DNA of 64,000 nucleotides from an uncultured bacterium (GTDB lineage Bacteria; Fidelibacterota; Marinisomatia; Marinisomatales; AB-629-J13). Made by a program: the position numbers and the translations under genes. Location: positions 981 through 64,980 of the forward strand of contig CAYSQB010000002.1 in assembly GCA_964433085.1 (NCBI GenBank). The letters run 5' to 3'. The notes beneath the pieces are model-generated. The model ran no database searches. It had not been told where the DNA came from and saw only the letters and a program-made list of their open reading frames with translations. How positions within the stretch are numbered: the stretch's first letter is position 1; each line of letters opens with the position of its first letter. Positions 29,403-41,081 of the stretch are shown piece after piece.

Positions 29403-31148
29403 TTATTTTTTCCTAAACTGAATCCCTAATTCTTTTAACTGTTCTTCACTAACATCACTTGGAGCATTTTCCATGAGCGCTGATGCTGATGTTGTTTTTG
29501 GAAAGGCTATTACATCACGAATATTTTCAGTTCCTGCCAACAACATAACAAGTCTGTCAAATCCAAATGCAATCCCTCCGTGTGGTGGAGTTCCATATTT
29601 AAGCGCTTCCAGTAAAAATCCAAATTTTTCTATCGCTTCCTCGTCACTCATCCCCAAAAGTGAGAATACTTTTTTCTGAATGTCAGGACGATGAATTCGT
29701 ATGGATCCTCCCGCAATTTCGTAACCGTTCATTGTTAAATCGTATGCCCGAGCTTTTAATGATCCGGGATTTGATTCCATTTCTTTCTTATCCTGAATAG
29801 AGGGTGATGTAAACGGGTGATGCAGAAAAGTTAAATTGTTTGATTCTTCGTCAATTTCAAACATGGGGAAATCGATAACCCATAAGGGTTTGAAATCATT
29901 TTTATCTATTAATTCTTCGCGCTTTCCAATGTTCAATCGAAGAGCACCTAATGCCTTCAGTGCTGTCATTTTATTATCACCAATAAGGAATAAAATATCG
30001 TTATCATTAATTCCCAGGGACCTGCGCATTTCTCTTTGAAGTTCAGTCGAAAAAAATTTGGAAATTCCACCAGCTAATTTTCCATCTTCTCCCTTCATCC
30101 AGGCAAGACCTTTGGCTTTGTAATTTTTCACAAGATCTGTGAATTTATCAATGATTTTTCTGGAATATTTTGCTCCGCCATTCACAACCAATCCTTTTAC
30201 AACTTCTGCAGTTTTGAATGCATTAAATTCCGATCGTTCTGTATAGGATATTGCATCCTGTATTTTCATTTCAAAACGTAAATCTGGTTTATCAGAACCG
30301 TAGGTGTTCCATGCATCTTCCCATGTCATTCTTGGAAAAGGATCAGGCAAATCAATCCCCTTAACTTTTTTGAAAATGTGGCGGGTTAGCCCACCAAAGT
30401 TTGAGAAGATATCTTCTTCATCCACAAATGACATCTCCAAATCAATCTGTGTAAATTCCGGCTGCCGGTCTGCACGAAGGTCTTCATCTCTAAAACATTT
30501 TACGATCTGGAAGTAACGATCATAGCCACCAATCATTAGGATTTGTTTATAGATCTGGGGAGATTGAGGGAGAGCATAAAATTTTCCATTGTGAACCCTA
30601 CTAGGTACAAGATAATCTCTAGCACCCTCCGGTGTAGATTTCATCAAAACAGGAGTTTCTACCTCAATAAAATTATGATCCGATAAATACTTCCGGGTTG
30701 CCTGGTAGGTTTCATGGCGAACCAATATATTCTTTTGGAGCTCATCCATGCGAAGTTCCAAATAACGATATTGTAATCGTAGATCTTCTTCAGCACTGTC
30801 CCGGTCAGAAAGGATGAACGGAAGAGGCTCAGCTTCGCTCAGTATTTCCAATTCCTTGACATTCACTTCAATGTTCCCTGTTTTTAAATTTGGGTTTGCT
30901 GATTGTCTTTCAGACACTTCTCCTTTTATACTTAGAACATCTTCCATAGACAATTTCTTTGCAGAATCAAAATCACCCTTATAGGCATCATAGTTGATAA
31001 GAATTTGCGTTTTACCATACCTGTCCCTTAAATCTATAAAAATAACCTGACCGTGAAGGCGGACAGTGTTCACCCATCCGTTCAGGATTACTTCTTCACC
31101 GATGTGGGAAGTTCGGAGTTCTCCGCAGGTGTGTGTTCGTTTCATCAT
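29403..31148 (-). CDS. aspS: Aspartate--tRNA ligase
   Basis: Motifs KRTHTCGELR, FYALPQSPQ, CFRDEDLRADRQPEFTQ and GGIAFGFDR. The first ATG is used as start; the track start at 31160 is a GTG abutting a terminator hairpin. Confidence 0.93.
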   Translation of the reverse strand: MMKRTHTCGELRTSHIGEEVILNGWVNTVRLHGQVIFIDLRDRYGKTQILINYDAYKGDFDSAKKLSMEDVLSIKGEVSERQSANPNLKTGNIEVNVKELEILSEAEPLPFILSDRDSAEEDLRLQYRYLELRMDELQKNILVRHETYQATRKYLSDHNFIEVETPVLMKSTPEGARDYLVPSRVHNGKFYALPQSPQIYKQILMIGGYDRYFQIVKCFRDEDLRADRQPEFTQIDLEMSFVDEEDIFSNFGGLTRHIFKKVKGIDLPDPFPRMTWEDAWNTYGSDKPDLRFEMKIQDAISYTERSEFNAFKTAEVVKGLVVNGGAKYSRKIIDKFTDLVKNYKAKGLAWMKGEDGKLAGGISKFFSTELQREMRRSLGINDNDILFLIGDNKMTALKALGALRLNIGKREELIDKNDFKPLWVIDFPMFEIDEESNNLTFLHHPFTSPSIQDKKEMESNPGSLKARAYDLTMNGYEIAGGSIRIHRPDIQKKVFSLLGMSDEEAIEKFGFLLEALKYGTPPHGGIAFGFDRLVMLLAGTENIRDVIAFPKTTSASALMENAPSDVSEEQLKELGIQFRKK

Positions 31149-31162
31149 CTTAATGAGCACAT

Positions 31163-31192
31163 AAAAAAACCGCTTAAAATTACAAGCGGTTT
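31163..31192 (-). terminator. Rho-independent terminator downstream of atpC
   Basis: On the minus strand the sequence reads AACCGCTT-gtaatttt-AAGCGGTT followed by TTTTTTT: an 8-bp perfect stem plus a T-run, about 27 nt after the atpC stop. Confidence 0.65.
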
Positions 31193-31218
31193 AGGAATCA
31201 AAACAAAACTTCCGCCAA

Positions 31219-31616
31219 TCATCTTTGAGAAATTTTCAATCTGTTCATCGCCCGTGTAATGGATATATCCATCCTGGCTTGATCCAACTCACCCTCAATA
31301 TCTTTCTTTCTCATTTTTGCCCGGTTCAGAGATTCTTCCGCTCGGTTAGAATCAATTTCTTCTGAACGTTCAACGGTCTCCACCAAAAGCTGTACCTTAT
31401 CCTCTGTAATTTCTGCAAATCCACCACTGGTAGCAAAATAATGTTCTTTTTTATTTTGGGTCACTTTTATTTCACCAACACCTAATGCGATAATAGCATT
31501 TTGATGATTTGCAAGTATACCAAAAGAACCGTCCAATCCTGGGCATCGTATATGACCTACATTCCCTTCATCCATCAGTTTTGTTGGTGTTACTATTTCT
31601 AGACAGAATTCAGACA

Positions 31617-31617
<1 letters not shown>
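31219..31617 (-). CDS. atpC: F1 ATP synthase subunit epsilon
   Basis: 132 aa at the operon position after atpD, with a typical N-terminal beta-sandwich (LEIVTP...) and a C-terminal helical part. Confidence 0.88.
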
Positions 31618-33023
<1,406 letters not shown>

Positions 33024-33881
33024 TTACGTTTGTTTTAGAGCTTCGGCACCACCAACAATTTCCAAAATTTCTTTCGTGATTGCTGCTTGCCTGGCTTTAT
33101 TAAATTCCATTGTTAAATCTTTAATCATTTCTTCTGCATTTTCGGTAGCATTTTCCATCGCAACCATTCGCGCAGCTTGTTCACTGGCATAAGATTCCAG
33201 TAAATATTTCCATACCTGTATATTCAAATGGCGGGGAATCAAACTTTTGACCAATTGATTCTTGTCCGGCTCATATAATCTTTCAGGATGAGACAAGTCT
33301 TCCTCTGAAAATTCAAGAGGAAGCAATTTTTCCGATTCAGCATATTGATTAGCAATATTTACAAACTCGTTGTAAACAACATGTATTTCATCTACATTAC
33401 CATCAGTAAAATGGCTAATGATACCTTTTCCAATTTGGATCGCATCACCAAAAGATAAATCATTCCAAAAATCCAAATGGCTCTCAATAATTTTATAATC
33501 TCTCTGTTTAAAATGATCTCTGGCTTTTTTACCAATACAAAATAAATCCACTTTTTCTTTACCAATCTTATCTATTTCAGATTGGGATTTTTTTAAGACA
33601 TGTGAGTTGAATGAACCTGCCAAGCCACGGTCCGATGTGACCACAACATAAGCGACTCGTTTGACCGGTCTGATGTGCAGAAGATTCAAGAACTCTCTAT
33701 CAACATCTGGTAACAAATGACCAATAACAGACTGAAGCCTTTGGGCATATGGACGAGCTTCTTCCATTCGTTCCTGCGCTCTCCTCATTTTTGCAGCTGC
33801 AACCATTTTCATAGCTTTGGTCACTTTTTGGATGCTTTTTACCGATTTAATTCGGTCTCGAATATCTTTAAGATTTGCCAT
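33024..33881 (-). CDS. atpG: F1 ATP synthase subunit gamma
   Basis: 285 aa with N-terminal IKSVKSIQKVTKAMKMVAAAK and C-terminal ITKEILEIVGGAEAL. Confidence 0.93.
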   Translation of the reverse strand: MANLKDIRDRIKSVKSIQKVTKAMKMVAAAKMRRAQERMEEARPYAQRLQSVIGHLLPDVDREFLNLLHIRPVKRVAYVVVTSDRGLAGSFNSHVLKKSQSEIDKIGKEKVDLFCIGKKARDHFKQRDYKIIESHLDFWNDLSFGDAIQIGKGIISHFTDGNVDEIHVVYNEFVNIANQYAESEKLLPLEFSEEDLSHPERLYEPDKNQLVKSLIPRHLNIQVWKYLLESYASEQAARMVAMENATENAEEMIKDLTMEFNKARQAAITKEILEIVGGAEALKQT

Positions 33882-33887
33882 TGATAA

Positions 33888-35411
33888 TTAGACAGTAAAT
33901 CCGCCTTTAAATGCACCAATGGCTTCTTCTAATTTATTCCCGACTTCTTCAGAAACAACTCCTTCAGAACGGATGGATTCCAGCTCATTGGAACAATTTG
34001 CATCTAAATAATCGGATAACCCGTTTTCAAAATTCTTCACCTGAGACGCTGATATTTCATCCAAATGTCCTTTGGTTCCCGCAAAAATAATTGCGATCTG
34101 TTTTTCTACATCCATTGGTACATATTGATTTTGTTTCAGGATCTCCACCATTCGTTCTCCACGGGTTAATTGAGTCTGAGTGGCTTTATCTAAATCCGAA
34201 CCAAACTTCGCAAATGCTTCTAATTCACGATATTGAGCTAAGTCAAGACGCAATGTACCGGCAACACTTTTCATCGCTTTAATCTGTGCAGCACCACCAA
34301 CTCTGGATACAGACAATCCCACATCAATTGCCGGGCGAACACCAGAATTAAACAAATTGGTTTCCAAATAAATCTGTCCGTCCGTAATGGAAATGACGTT
34401 TGTGGGAATGTAAGCAGCTACATCGCCCTCCTGAGTCTCAATAATGGGAAGTGCCGTCAACGAACCTCCACCCAGGTCGTTAGATAATTTTGATGCTCGT
34501 TCTAACAATCTGCTGTGTAGATAAAATACATCTCCCGGAAATGCTTCTCGCCCAGGTGGACGTCTCAAAACCAAAGACATCTGCCGATAGGCAACAGCTT
34601 GTTTGGATAAGTCATCATAAATAATTAACGCATGTTTTCCGTTGTCACGAAAATGTTCTCCCATGGCACATCCGGAATAAGGTGCAATGTACTGCATTGG
34701 TGCCGGATCGGAAGCATTTGCAGCAACAACAGTGGTATACTCCATGGCTCCGTTTGCCTCAAGTTCAGTTACAATTTGTGCTACCGTAGATGCTTTTTGC
34801 CCAATGGCAACATAAATACAGTAAACAGGTTCATCCGTTTTGTGAGTGTATTTTTGGTTGATGATGGTATCCACCGCAATAGCGGTTTTTCCTGTTTGCC
34901 GGTCTCCGATAATCAATTCACGCTGTCCACGTCCAATAGGAATCATGGAATCAATGGCTTTTATTCCCGTTTGCAGGGGTTGATTTACCGGGCTTCTCTG
35001 CATCACACCCAAAGCTTTTCTTTCAATAGGTAAGGATTCTTTTGCCTCAATAGGTCCCTTCCCATCCATAGGATGACCGAGAGGATTTACTACTCTGCCT
35101 AACATTCCTTCACCGACGGGAACTTCAACAACTCTTTCAGTCCTTTTGGCAAGATCACCTTCTTTCACCTTCCGGCTTTCTCCAAAAAGAACCAACCCAA
35201 CATTGTCCTCTTCAAGATTCAATGCCATACCAAATACACCGTTGGGGAGTTCCACTAGTTCGGAGCTCATGACATTTTCTAATCCACTTACACGTGCGAC
35301 ACCATCTCCAATTTCTATGACCTCACCTACTTCTGATACATCCACCGAAACACTAAATGCCTCGATCTGTTGGCGTAATAATTCGCTGATATTTTCAGTC
35401 TTTATGTCCAT
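33888..35411 (-). CDS. atpA: F1 ATP synthase subunit alpha
   Basis: 507 aa with Walker [29 protein letters not shown] and ITDGQI. Confidence 0.97.
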   Translation of the reverse strand: MDIKTENISELLRQQIEAFSVSVDVSEVGEVIEIGDGVARVSGLENVMSSELVELPNGVFGMALNLEEDNVGLVLFGESRKVKEGDLAKRTERVVEVPVGEGMLGRVVNPLGHPMDGKGPIEAKESLPIERKALGVMQRSPVNQPLQTGIKAIDSMIPIGRGQRELIIGDRQTGKTAIAVDTIINQKYTHKTDEPVYCIYVAIGQKASTVAQIVTELEANGAMEYTTVVAANASDPAPMQYIAPYSGCAMGEHFRDNGKHALIIYDDLSKQAVAYRQMSLVLRRPPGREAFPGDVFYLHSRLLERASKLSNDLGGGSLTALPIIETQEGDVAAYIPTNVISITDGQIYLETNLFNSGVRPAIDVGLSVSRVGGAAQIKAMKSVAGTLRLDLAQYRELEAFAKFGSDLDKATQTQLTRGERMVEILKQNQYVPMDVEKQIAIIFAGTKGHLDEISASQVKNFENGLSDYLDANCSNELESIRSEGVVSEEVGNKLEEAIGAFKGGFTV

Positions 35412-35426
35412 AATTTTTCCTTGATA

Positions 35427-35966
35427 TTAGGATTGTAGTAAATTTTCCCTGAGACGCTTCATTTTTCCCAAAACGGTAGCGTCCAAATATATGTTGTCTA
35501 TTCTCATTTTTATACCTCCTAGAAGGGTCGGATCCACGCCCACCTGTAGGTCAGCGGACATATGTAAATTGGATTCTATTCCCTCCTGGAGTCTCTTTAT
35601 CTCCAAATCATCCATCACGTGAGACACTTTCGCATCAACAGATACTATTCTGTATATCTTTTTATATTCAGTTTTATAAATATTTTTCATATATAAAACA
35701 TGGTTCATTATGTTTTTCTCAATCAAAATATTAATGAATTCTTTAGCCAAAGGGTGACACACTTTATTTAATATACCGGAAAGGATTTTTGTTTTTTCTT
35801 CTCGGGTAATCCGTTTGGATAAAACAAGTGACCGGAATTGAGCATCTTGTTTCCAGAAAGAAGTTATAAATTCCAGAGATGTCAATACATCCTTTGCACA
35901 TTCGCCATTTTGAGCTGTCTCAAAAAGGATGCGAGGATATTTCTTCAGGTGAAAATCAGGCTTCAT
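35427..35966 (-). CDS. atpH: F1 ATP synthase subunit delta (OSCP)
   Basis: 179 aa located between atpF and atpA, with C-terminal DPTLLGGIKMRIDNIYLDATV, typical of delta. Confidence 0.85.
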   Translation of the reverse strand: MKPDFHLKKYPRILFETAQNGECAKDVLTSLEFITSFWKQDAQFRSLVLSKRITREEKTKILSGILNKVCHPLAKEFINILIEKNIMNHVLYMKNIYKTEYKKIYRIVSVDAKVSHVMDDLEIKRLQEGIESNLHMSADLQVGVDPTLLGGIKMRIDNIYLDATVLGKMKRLRENLLQS

Positions 35967-36459
35967 ATTTAGTTACATTTTCCAGAGAATCATCGATTAA
36001 AGCTTGGTTGTCTTCACGGGAAATGTTCTTTTTGATCAGTTTTGTTGCTACGGATAAAGAAAGATCAACTACCTCACTTTTTATATCTTCAATAGCTTTA
36101 TCTTTTTCAATCCGTATTTGTTTTTCCGCGTCACTTAAAATAGACTTTGCCTGATCTTTGGCTGCATTCAGTGTTTCATCCTTAAGTTTTGATGCAGCAG
36201 CTTTACCCTCAGAGAGAATAGTCTGAGCTTCCGAGCGAGCCCTATTTACAATGTCTTCCCCTTCTAAATTCAAACGTTCCAATTCTACCTTTGCCTTTTC
36301 AGCATCATCAAGGGAAGAACGGATGAACTCTTCCCTATCCTTCAACATTTTTAACAGAGGATTCCATGCAAATTTTGCCAGAACACCTAACAAAACCAAA
36401 AACGTCAGGATTGTCCAGACGAATAGTCCGGGGTCAAGCTGGACTAAAGGGGAATCCAT
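35956..36459 (-). CDS. atpF: Fo ATP synthase subunit b
   Basis: 167 aa with a single N-terminal TM followed by a long charged helix (E/K/A rich). Operon position matches. Confidence 0.88.
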   Translation of the reverse strand: MDSPLVQLDPGLFVWTILTFLVLLGVLAKFAWNPLLKMLKDREEFIRSSLDDAEKAKVELERLNLEGEDIVNRARSEAQTILSEGKAAASKLKDETLNAAKDQAKSILSDAEKQIRIEKDKAIEDIKSEVVDLSLSVATKLIKKNISREDNQALIDDSLENVTKYEA

Positions 36460-36462
36460 GAA

Positions 36463-36693
36463 TTAACCTCGTGTCATTAACAGAACTAATAGGGCAAATA
36501 CTTCCCCCAAAATTGCAACCCCTTCCAACAGGAATAGAGGTAAATTGACTGCACCTGTGATTTTGTCTGCGGCTTCCGGCTGTCTTGCAATTCCTTCGGC
36601 AGCAGCAGATGCCAATCGCCCAATACCTATTCCTGCACCAATGACAATGAGTCCCAGACCCAAGCCAACTCCAATTAAAAAAAGATCTTCCAT
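36463..36693 (-). CDS. atpE: Fo ATP synthase subunit c
   Basis: 76-aa hairpin with the ARQPEA loop and a helix-2 carboxylate in FLLEGVAIL. Confidence 0.93.
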   Translation of the reverse strand: MEDLFLIGVGLGLGLIVIGAGIGIGRLASAAAEGIARQPEAADKITGAVNLPLFLLEGVAILGEVFALLVLLMTRG

Positions 36694-36719
36694 AGTCTAT
36701 TTTCTCCTTTAAGATTTAG

Positions 36720-37646
36720 TTAATGATGAACATTGATTGCCATCCCGATGAATACTGCTGACAACAATGTGAAAACATAAGCTTGTACCAATACAACAAT
36801 GATTTCCAGTCCTGATATTGCAGCAGCCATTGGAACTGCAAAAAGTGATAGTCCAATGCCAGTCAAAGGGTTAACCATTTCTGCAAAAATTGCCATAAAT
36901 GAGAGGATGGCCAATAAAGCAATGTGTCCTCCTGTCATATTGGCCGCTAATCGCATGGTCAATGCAAAGGGCTTAACAAACATTCCCAATGTTTCAATCA
37001 AAATGAGCATGATAGATATCGGAATGGAAAAGCCTTTTGGTTTTAAATTTTTCCAATGCGCAATAAAACCGTGGGCCTTTGATCCCGCAATAATTATTGC
37101 AAAAAAAGTAAGTGCTGCTAAACCAAATGTAACATTAAAATTTCCGGTTACGGTTGCCCCACCGTGCAAAAGTTTATTTACAAAATAATGGTCGTCCCCC
37201 TTAGGAACATCAAATAAGAATCTACTTGTAGCACCCAAAGTGTCAAATATAGGAATTAACCCTATTCCGTTTGCGAACAAAATAAAGAAAAAGAATGTCA
37301 GAATCATGGGGGCCCATGTATCAGTAAATTTCGAACCAATGTTTGGTTTCACAATAGAGTCACGGATGAAAGAAACAATTGCCTCAATAGCATTCGTCCA
37401 ACCAGAAGGGACTGGTTTCTCCTTTTTCATGTATTTTTGGATAGGGACAATCACAAAAATGGAAACAAGTGCTGCAACAACCCATAACATGAACACGTGT
37501 TTTGTAACAGATATGTCAATACCAAAAATAGGTGGGAGGTGAATCAATGGATGATCCAATGAACTATTGGACACATGATGAATAATATTGTCCCCAACCT
37601 GTTCTAATACAGTTCCGGAAGAATGTCCAGACTCAGAAACGCTCAT
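36720..37646 (-). CDS. atpB: Fo ATP synthase subunit a
   Basis: 308 aa with the conserved Arg in LTMRLAANMTGGH. Polytopic. Confidence 0.93.
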   Translation of the reverse strand: MSVSESGHSSGTVLEQVGDNIIHHVSNSSLDHPLIHLPPIFGIDISVTKHVFMLWVVAALVSIFVIVPIQKYMKKEKPVPSGWTNAIEAIVSFIRDSIVKPNIGSKFTDTWAPMILTFFFFILFANGIGLIPIFDTLGATSRFLFDVPKGDDHYFVNKLLHGGATVTGNFNVTFGLAALTFFAIIIAGSKAHGFIAHWKNLKPKGFSIPISIMLILIETLGMFVKPFALTMRLAANMTGGHIALLAILSFMAIFAEMVNPLTGIGLSLFAVPMAAAISGLEIIVVLVQAYVFTLLSAVFIGMAINVHH

Positions 37647-37666
37647 AAAATATTAGTTTATTATAT

Positions 37667-38017
37667 TTACCTAGAATTAAAGAAGAACGCTTCACTAATG
37701 TGAAGTGTTACAAAACAGTTTACAAAACTAAGTATAAAATGAATATGAGAAAAAGTATAAAAATTGAATAACATAATAAAATAAATCCCATAGACAACCA
37801 TCTTAACAAAAAAAGATGTTATAAAGAAAGATGTCAGGGATTTCGAAGTATTTTTCCGAACTTTTTTTTCGCACAACACAGTTATTACTCCCACAGCCAA
37901 AGGTGCAATAATTCCCAAAAAATATTCCACTATATATTGTTTGTTTATCCAGATAAGGAGACCCCACAGTCCTAAACAAAAGAAAACCATAGTTCCGATA
38001 AATTTAAAAGATGACAT
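37667..38017 (-). CDS. Hypothetical membrane protein, AtpI-like by position
   Basis: 116 aa with about 4 hydrophobic segments, immediately upstream of atpB. The call rests on position and topology only. Confidence 0.45.
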   Translation of the reverse strand: MSSFKFIGTMVFFCLGLWGLLIWINKQYIVEYFLGIIAPLAVGVITVLCEKKVRKNTSKSLTSFFITSFFVKMVVYGIYFIMLFNFYTFSHIHFILSFVNCFVTLHISEAFFFNSR

Positions 38018-38257
38018 TCATCGCTTCCATATAGTTTTACTTAATTCATAGAATCCGGAGCCAAGGCCAATAATAAGTCCTACTATCATTAACCAGGGTG
38101 CCGTCCCGAGCCATGTATCCAGAAAATATCCAAGTAAAATAAAGAGAACAACAGCACCAATTAGTCCATAAGATGCCGCAGCAACTGGACCAGAGTCTCT
38201 TATAATTTTCTGGAAGTAATCAAAAGATCGGTTAAAAGAAGATCCTTTCTGTCTCAT
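38018..38257 (-). CDS. AtpZ/AtpI family small membrane protein (ATPase_gene1-like)
   Basis: 79 aa, 2 TM. LGYFLDTWLGTAPWLMIVGLIIGLGSGFY matches the hallmark of the AtpZ family as I remember it. Confidence 0.7.
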   Translation of the reverse strand: MRQKGSSFNRSFDYFQKIIRDSGPVAAASYGLIGAVVLFILLGYFLDTWLGTAPWLMIVGLIIGLGSGFYELSKTIWKR

Positions 38258-38267
38258 AGTAAAATTA

Positions 38268-38660
38268 TTACAATGGTTCTTCTAATGTGTTGTCACTAAT
38301 ATTTTGTTTTAGATTGTCCTGCTCATTCAGAATCGTACACTGTCCCTGAAATTTTGCTCCTTCTTCTATATGTAGCTGCTTATAAATCAAATCACCATCC
38401 AACGTAGAATATTTTCCAAGTTCAGCTCTGTCATCGATGGTAACATTTCCAAATACCTCACCACCAACATGAATGTTGTGTGCTTTGATATCACCGTACA
38501 CTTTTCCGGTTTTCCCTATCCGAATGTCACCTCCAGAAGAAATAGATCCATACACTTTACCATATATTATTAATCCCTCGTTTAAGTTAATGTCTCCCCT
38601 AATTTCTGCATCAGGACCCACCATTGTATGAATATTTTTAAATGAGAGTTTATTTTTCAA
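38268..38660 (-). CDS. Bactofilin (polymer-forming cytoskeletal protein, CcmA-like)
   Basis: 130 aa with repeated beta-helical turns (I.G.V.G.I), e.g. GKVYGDIKAHNIHVGGEVFGNVTIDDRAELG. Confidence 0.85.
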   Translation of the reverse strand: MKNKLSFKNIHTMVGPDAEIRGDINLNEGLIIYGKVYGSISSGGDIRIGKTGKVYGDIKAHNIHVGGEVFGNVTIDDRAELGKYSTLDGDLIYKQLHIEEGAKFQGQCTILNEQDNLKQNISDNTLEEPL

Positions 38661-39444
38661 AATCTGCGCTTAAATCCTTCTGCTCATATTGTGGAAAAAA
38701 TTTCAGTGGATCCAACACTGTGCCCTCTCTCCAGATTTCGAAATGAAGGTGTGGCCCGGACGAAATTCCTGTATTACCAACATGAGCAATAACTTCGCCC
38801 AATGATACAGATTTCCGTGCATCTACGATCAAATCCTGTAAATGTCCATATTGAGTGAAATATCCATCTCCATGATAAAGAATAATGTTATTCCCAAGAT
38901 CATAGCTCCATCCAGAAAACACAACTAGGCCTCCTGCAGATGCGGTAACGGGTGCGCCCTCAACAGCTGAAATATCGATTCCATAATGATTATTTGTTTT
39001 GAAATCTGATGAAAGCTCTATCTTTTGTGTAAGATACCCGAGAACAGGAAGTTGTGAAGGGATTGACGCAATGTTGTAACCACTGATGTTATCTTTTCCC
39101 AATTTACGATAATTTGATTCCGAATTATTATCAGCAGATTCATCCAATTGTAAATCTCCTGTCAAAGATTTTCGGATTTGTCGATCCAAAACTTTCATCC
39201 TATTTAAATCACTAATCAATTCGCGAACTGCTAGCCGCTCGGAAAGCAAATCTCCATATTTCCCTTCTAATTCAACATGAGATCTCATTACTGAAATATT
39301 GTGAACAAGCGTTACAATAGCCCCTGTAATTAGAAAAAATATACATACAGAAAAAATAGCTAGAAACGGAACAGATAAAGAAATCTGTCGCTGTTTTACT
39401 CCCGAGTCAGGGATGAAAAGAATGGAGATGTGTTTTGATTTCAA
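38650..39444 (-). CDS. M23 family metallopeptidase (LytM domain) with N-terminal TM and coiled region
   Basis: 264 aa with HYGIDISA, GNNIILYHGDGYFTQYGHL and GPHLHFEIW. The 3' end overlaps the bactofilin start by 11 nt. Confidence 0.88.
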   Translation of the reverse strand: MKSKHISILFIPDSGVKQRQISLSVPFLAIFSVCIFFLITGAIVTLVHNISVMRSHVELEGKYGDLLSERLAVRELISDLNRMKVLDRQIRKSLTGDLQLDESADNNSESNYRKLGKDNISGYNIASIPSQLPVLGYLTQKIELSSDFKTNNHYGIDISAVEGAPVTASAGGLVVFSGWSYDLGNNIILYHGDGYFTQYGHLQDLIVDARKSVSLGEVIAHVGNTGISSGPHLHFEIWREGTVLDPLKFFPQYEQKDLSADFEK

Positions 39445-39457
39445 GGATTAGATGGGA

Positions 39458-40327
39458 TTATTCCATTGAGCGCCACAGGTCCATGATTCGTTCCAAATCT
39501 TCATCCGAAAAGTAATGAATAACAATTGTCCCCCCTTCTCTTGAAGGCTTCAGTTTTACCTTAGTTCCTAATAGTTCGATCATTTCATTTTCATAGACTC
39601 TAAAGCCGGGAGGAGGTTTCTTTTTCATTGTATTTCTTGTTGGAGTGTCAGACCTATTTATTTTTTCTTTAACCCATTTTTCTACCGCCCGGACACTCAT
39701 TTGGTCCCGTTTTATTTTTTCCCAGAGCTTTACCCTTCCCCTATTTGTTTTTACCATTAATATAGCTCGTCCATGACCAGCAGAAATTTCATTCGAACGT
39801 ATACTTTCAAGAATTTCTCGTGGGAGTGTTAAAAGTCTCAGAGTATTTGAAACGGTCACCCGTTTTTTTCCTATAGATTTTGCGATTTCCGTTTGATTCA
39901 ATTTAAACTTACTTTGAAGCAATGCAAAAGCTTCTGCCTCTTCAATAGAGTTAAGTTTTTCACGTTGAATATTCTCAATTAATGCCATCTCCAATAATTC
40001 AGCATCATCTTTTACTTTTATTCTGTATGCTGGTATGGACCTTAATCTTGCTAATTTAGCTGCCCTCAGTCTACGTTCACCAGCAACCAGAATGAAGTGG
40101 TCCCCATCCTCCTTTACAGTGATAGGAGTTAAGATCCCCTTTTCCCGTATTGAGTCAGCCATTTCTTCCATTTTTTTCGCATCAAATACTTTTCGAGGCT
40201 GATGAGGGTTTTCCTTGATTGATTTAATAGGGATTAACGTGGCACCTAGTATAGTAGAGGGGGTTATCCCCTCCTCCGCTGGTCTGATGAGAGCTCCCAG
40301 GCCCTTACCTAATCTTTTATTTGACAC
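39458..40327 (-). CDS. parB: Chromosome partitioning protein ParB
   Basis: 289 aa with NPHQPRK, LVAGERRLRAAK, an HTH (QTEIAKSIGKKRVTVSNTLRLL) and ISAGHGRA. Confidence 0.93.
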   Translation of the reverse strand: MSNKRLGKGLGALIRPAEEGITPSTILGATLIPIKSIKENPHQPRKVFDAKKMEEMADSIREKGILTPITVKEDGDHFILVAGERRLRAAKLARLRSIPAYRIKVKDDAELLEMALIENIQREKLNSIEEAEAFALLQSKFKLNQTEIAKSIGKKRVTVSNTLRLLTLPREILESIRSNEISAGHGRAILMVKTNRGRVKLWEKIKRDQMSVRAVEKWVKEKINRSDTPTRNTMKKKPPPGFRVYENEMIELLGTKVKLKPSREGGTIVIHYFSDEDLERIMDLWRSME

Positions 40328-41081
40328 GGTTCAGCAACTCCTCAACTAAGCTTAAATAATTTTGTGCACCGGTAGAATTCGCATCATATAGCAACGCTGG
40401 TTTCCCAAAGCTCGGCGCCTCCCCTAAACGTACATTTCTGTGGATGACAGTATTAAATAATTTTTCCTCAAAATATTCCCGAACTTCATCGGCAACTTCC
40501 TTCGATAAATTTAACCTGGAATCGTACATAGTTAGTAACACTCCTGCAATACTTAATTTTGGATTGATATGCTTTTGAACCAATCTAATGGTATTTAACA
40601 GCTGCCCCAGCCCTTCCAGTGCATAGTATTCACATTGGATAGGAATTAATACGGCATTGGATGCAGCTAACGCATTTATAGTTAATAATCCCAAGGATGG
40701 AGGACAGTCAACAATAATGTATTCATATTTTCTCTTCAGCTTTTTTATTAGGGATTTCAATTGATATTCCCTTGCCATCACATTTACTAATTCAATTTCT
40801 GCCCCAACTAAATCATTTTCTGAAATAATCACATCCAAATGGTCAAATTGGGTGGGGATAAGAGCCTTGTTAATATCTGTTCCCCGCATGAGCACATCGT
40901 AAATTGTATGATTATTTTTCTTGATCAAATTTGAGACTCCCGTTGTTGCATTGGCCTGTGGGTCAAAATCGATAAGTAACGTGCGGATTTCTGCTGCTGC
41001 CATACTGACGGCTATATTTACTGAAGAGGTTGTTTTACCAACTCCTCCTTTTTGATTTACAAGGGATAAGATTTTTGTCAT
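40317..41081 (-). CDS. parA: Chromosome partitioning ATPase ParA/Soj
   Basis: Deviant Walker A NQKGGVGKTT, plus DCPPSLG. Start set at the ATG giving MTKILSLVNQKGG; the track start at 41162 adds 27 non-homologous residues. Confidence 0.92.
   Translation of the reverse strand: MTKILSLVNQKGGVGKTTSSVNIAVSMAAAEIRTLLIDFDPQANATTGVSNLIKKNNHTIYDVLMRGTDINKALIPTQFDHLDVIISENDLVGAEIELVNVMAREYQLKSLIKKLKRKYEYIIVDCPPSLGLLTINALAASNAVLIPIQCEYYALEGLGQLLNTIRLVQKHINPKLSIAGVLLTMYDSRLNLSKEVADEVREYFEEKLFNTVIHRNVRLGEAPSFGKPALLYDANSTGAQNYLSLVEELLNRVK

Noticed and set aside
36463-36693. Na+-coupled ATP synthase, considered because Na+-NQR is present
   Set aside because: The c subunit has Ile at the position of the Na+-ligand Gln in helix 1. 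Its carboxylate is followed by Gly-Val instead of Ser/Thr, so the Na+-binding signature is absent by eye.
37667-38257. N-type (AtpQ/AtpR) ATPase operon, considered because two small membrane genes precede atpB
   Set aside because: The gene order is the canonical atpBEFHAGDC with a delta subunit. N-ATPase operons lack delta and begin with atpD-atpC. The 79-aa protein looks like AtpZ.
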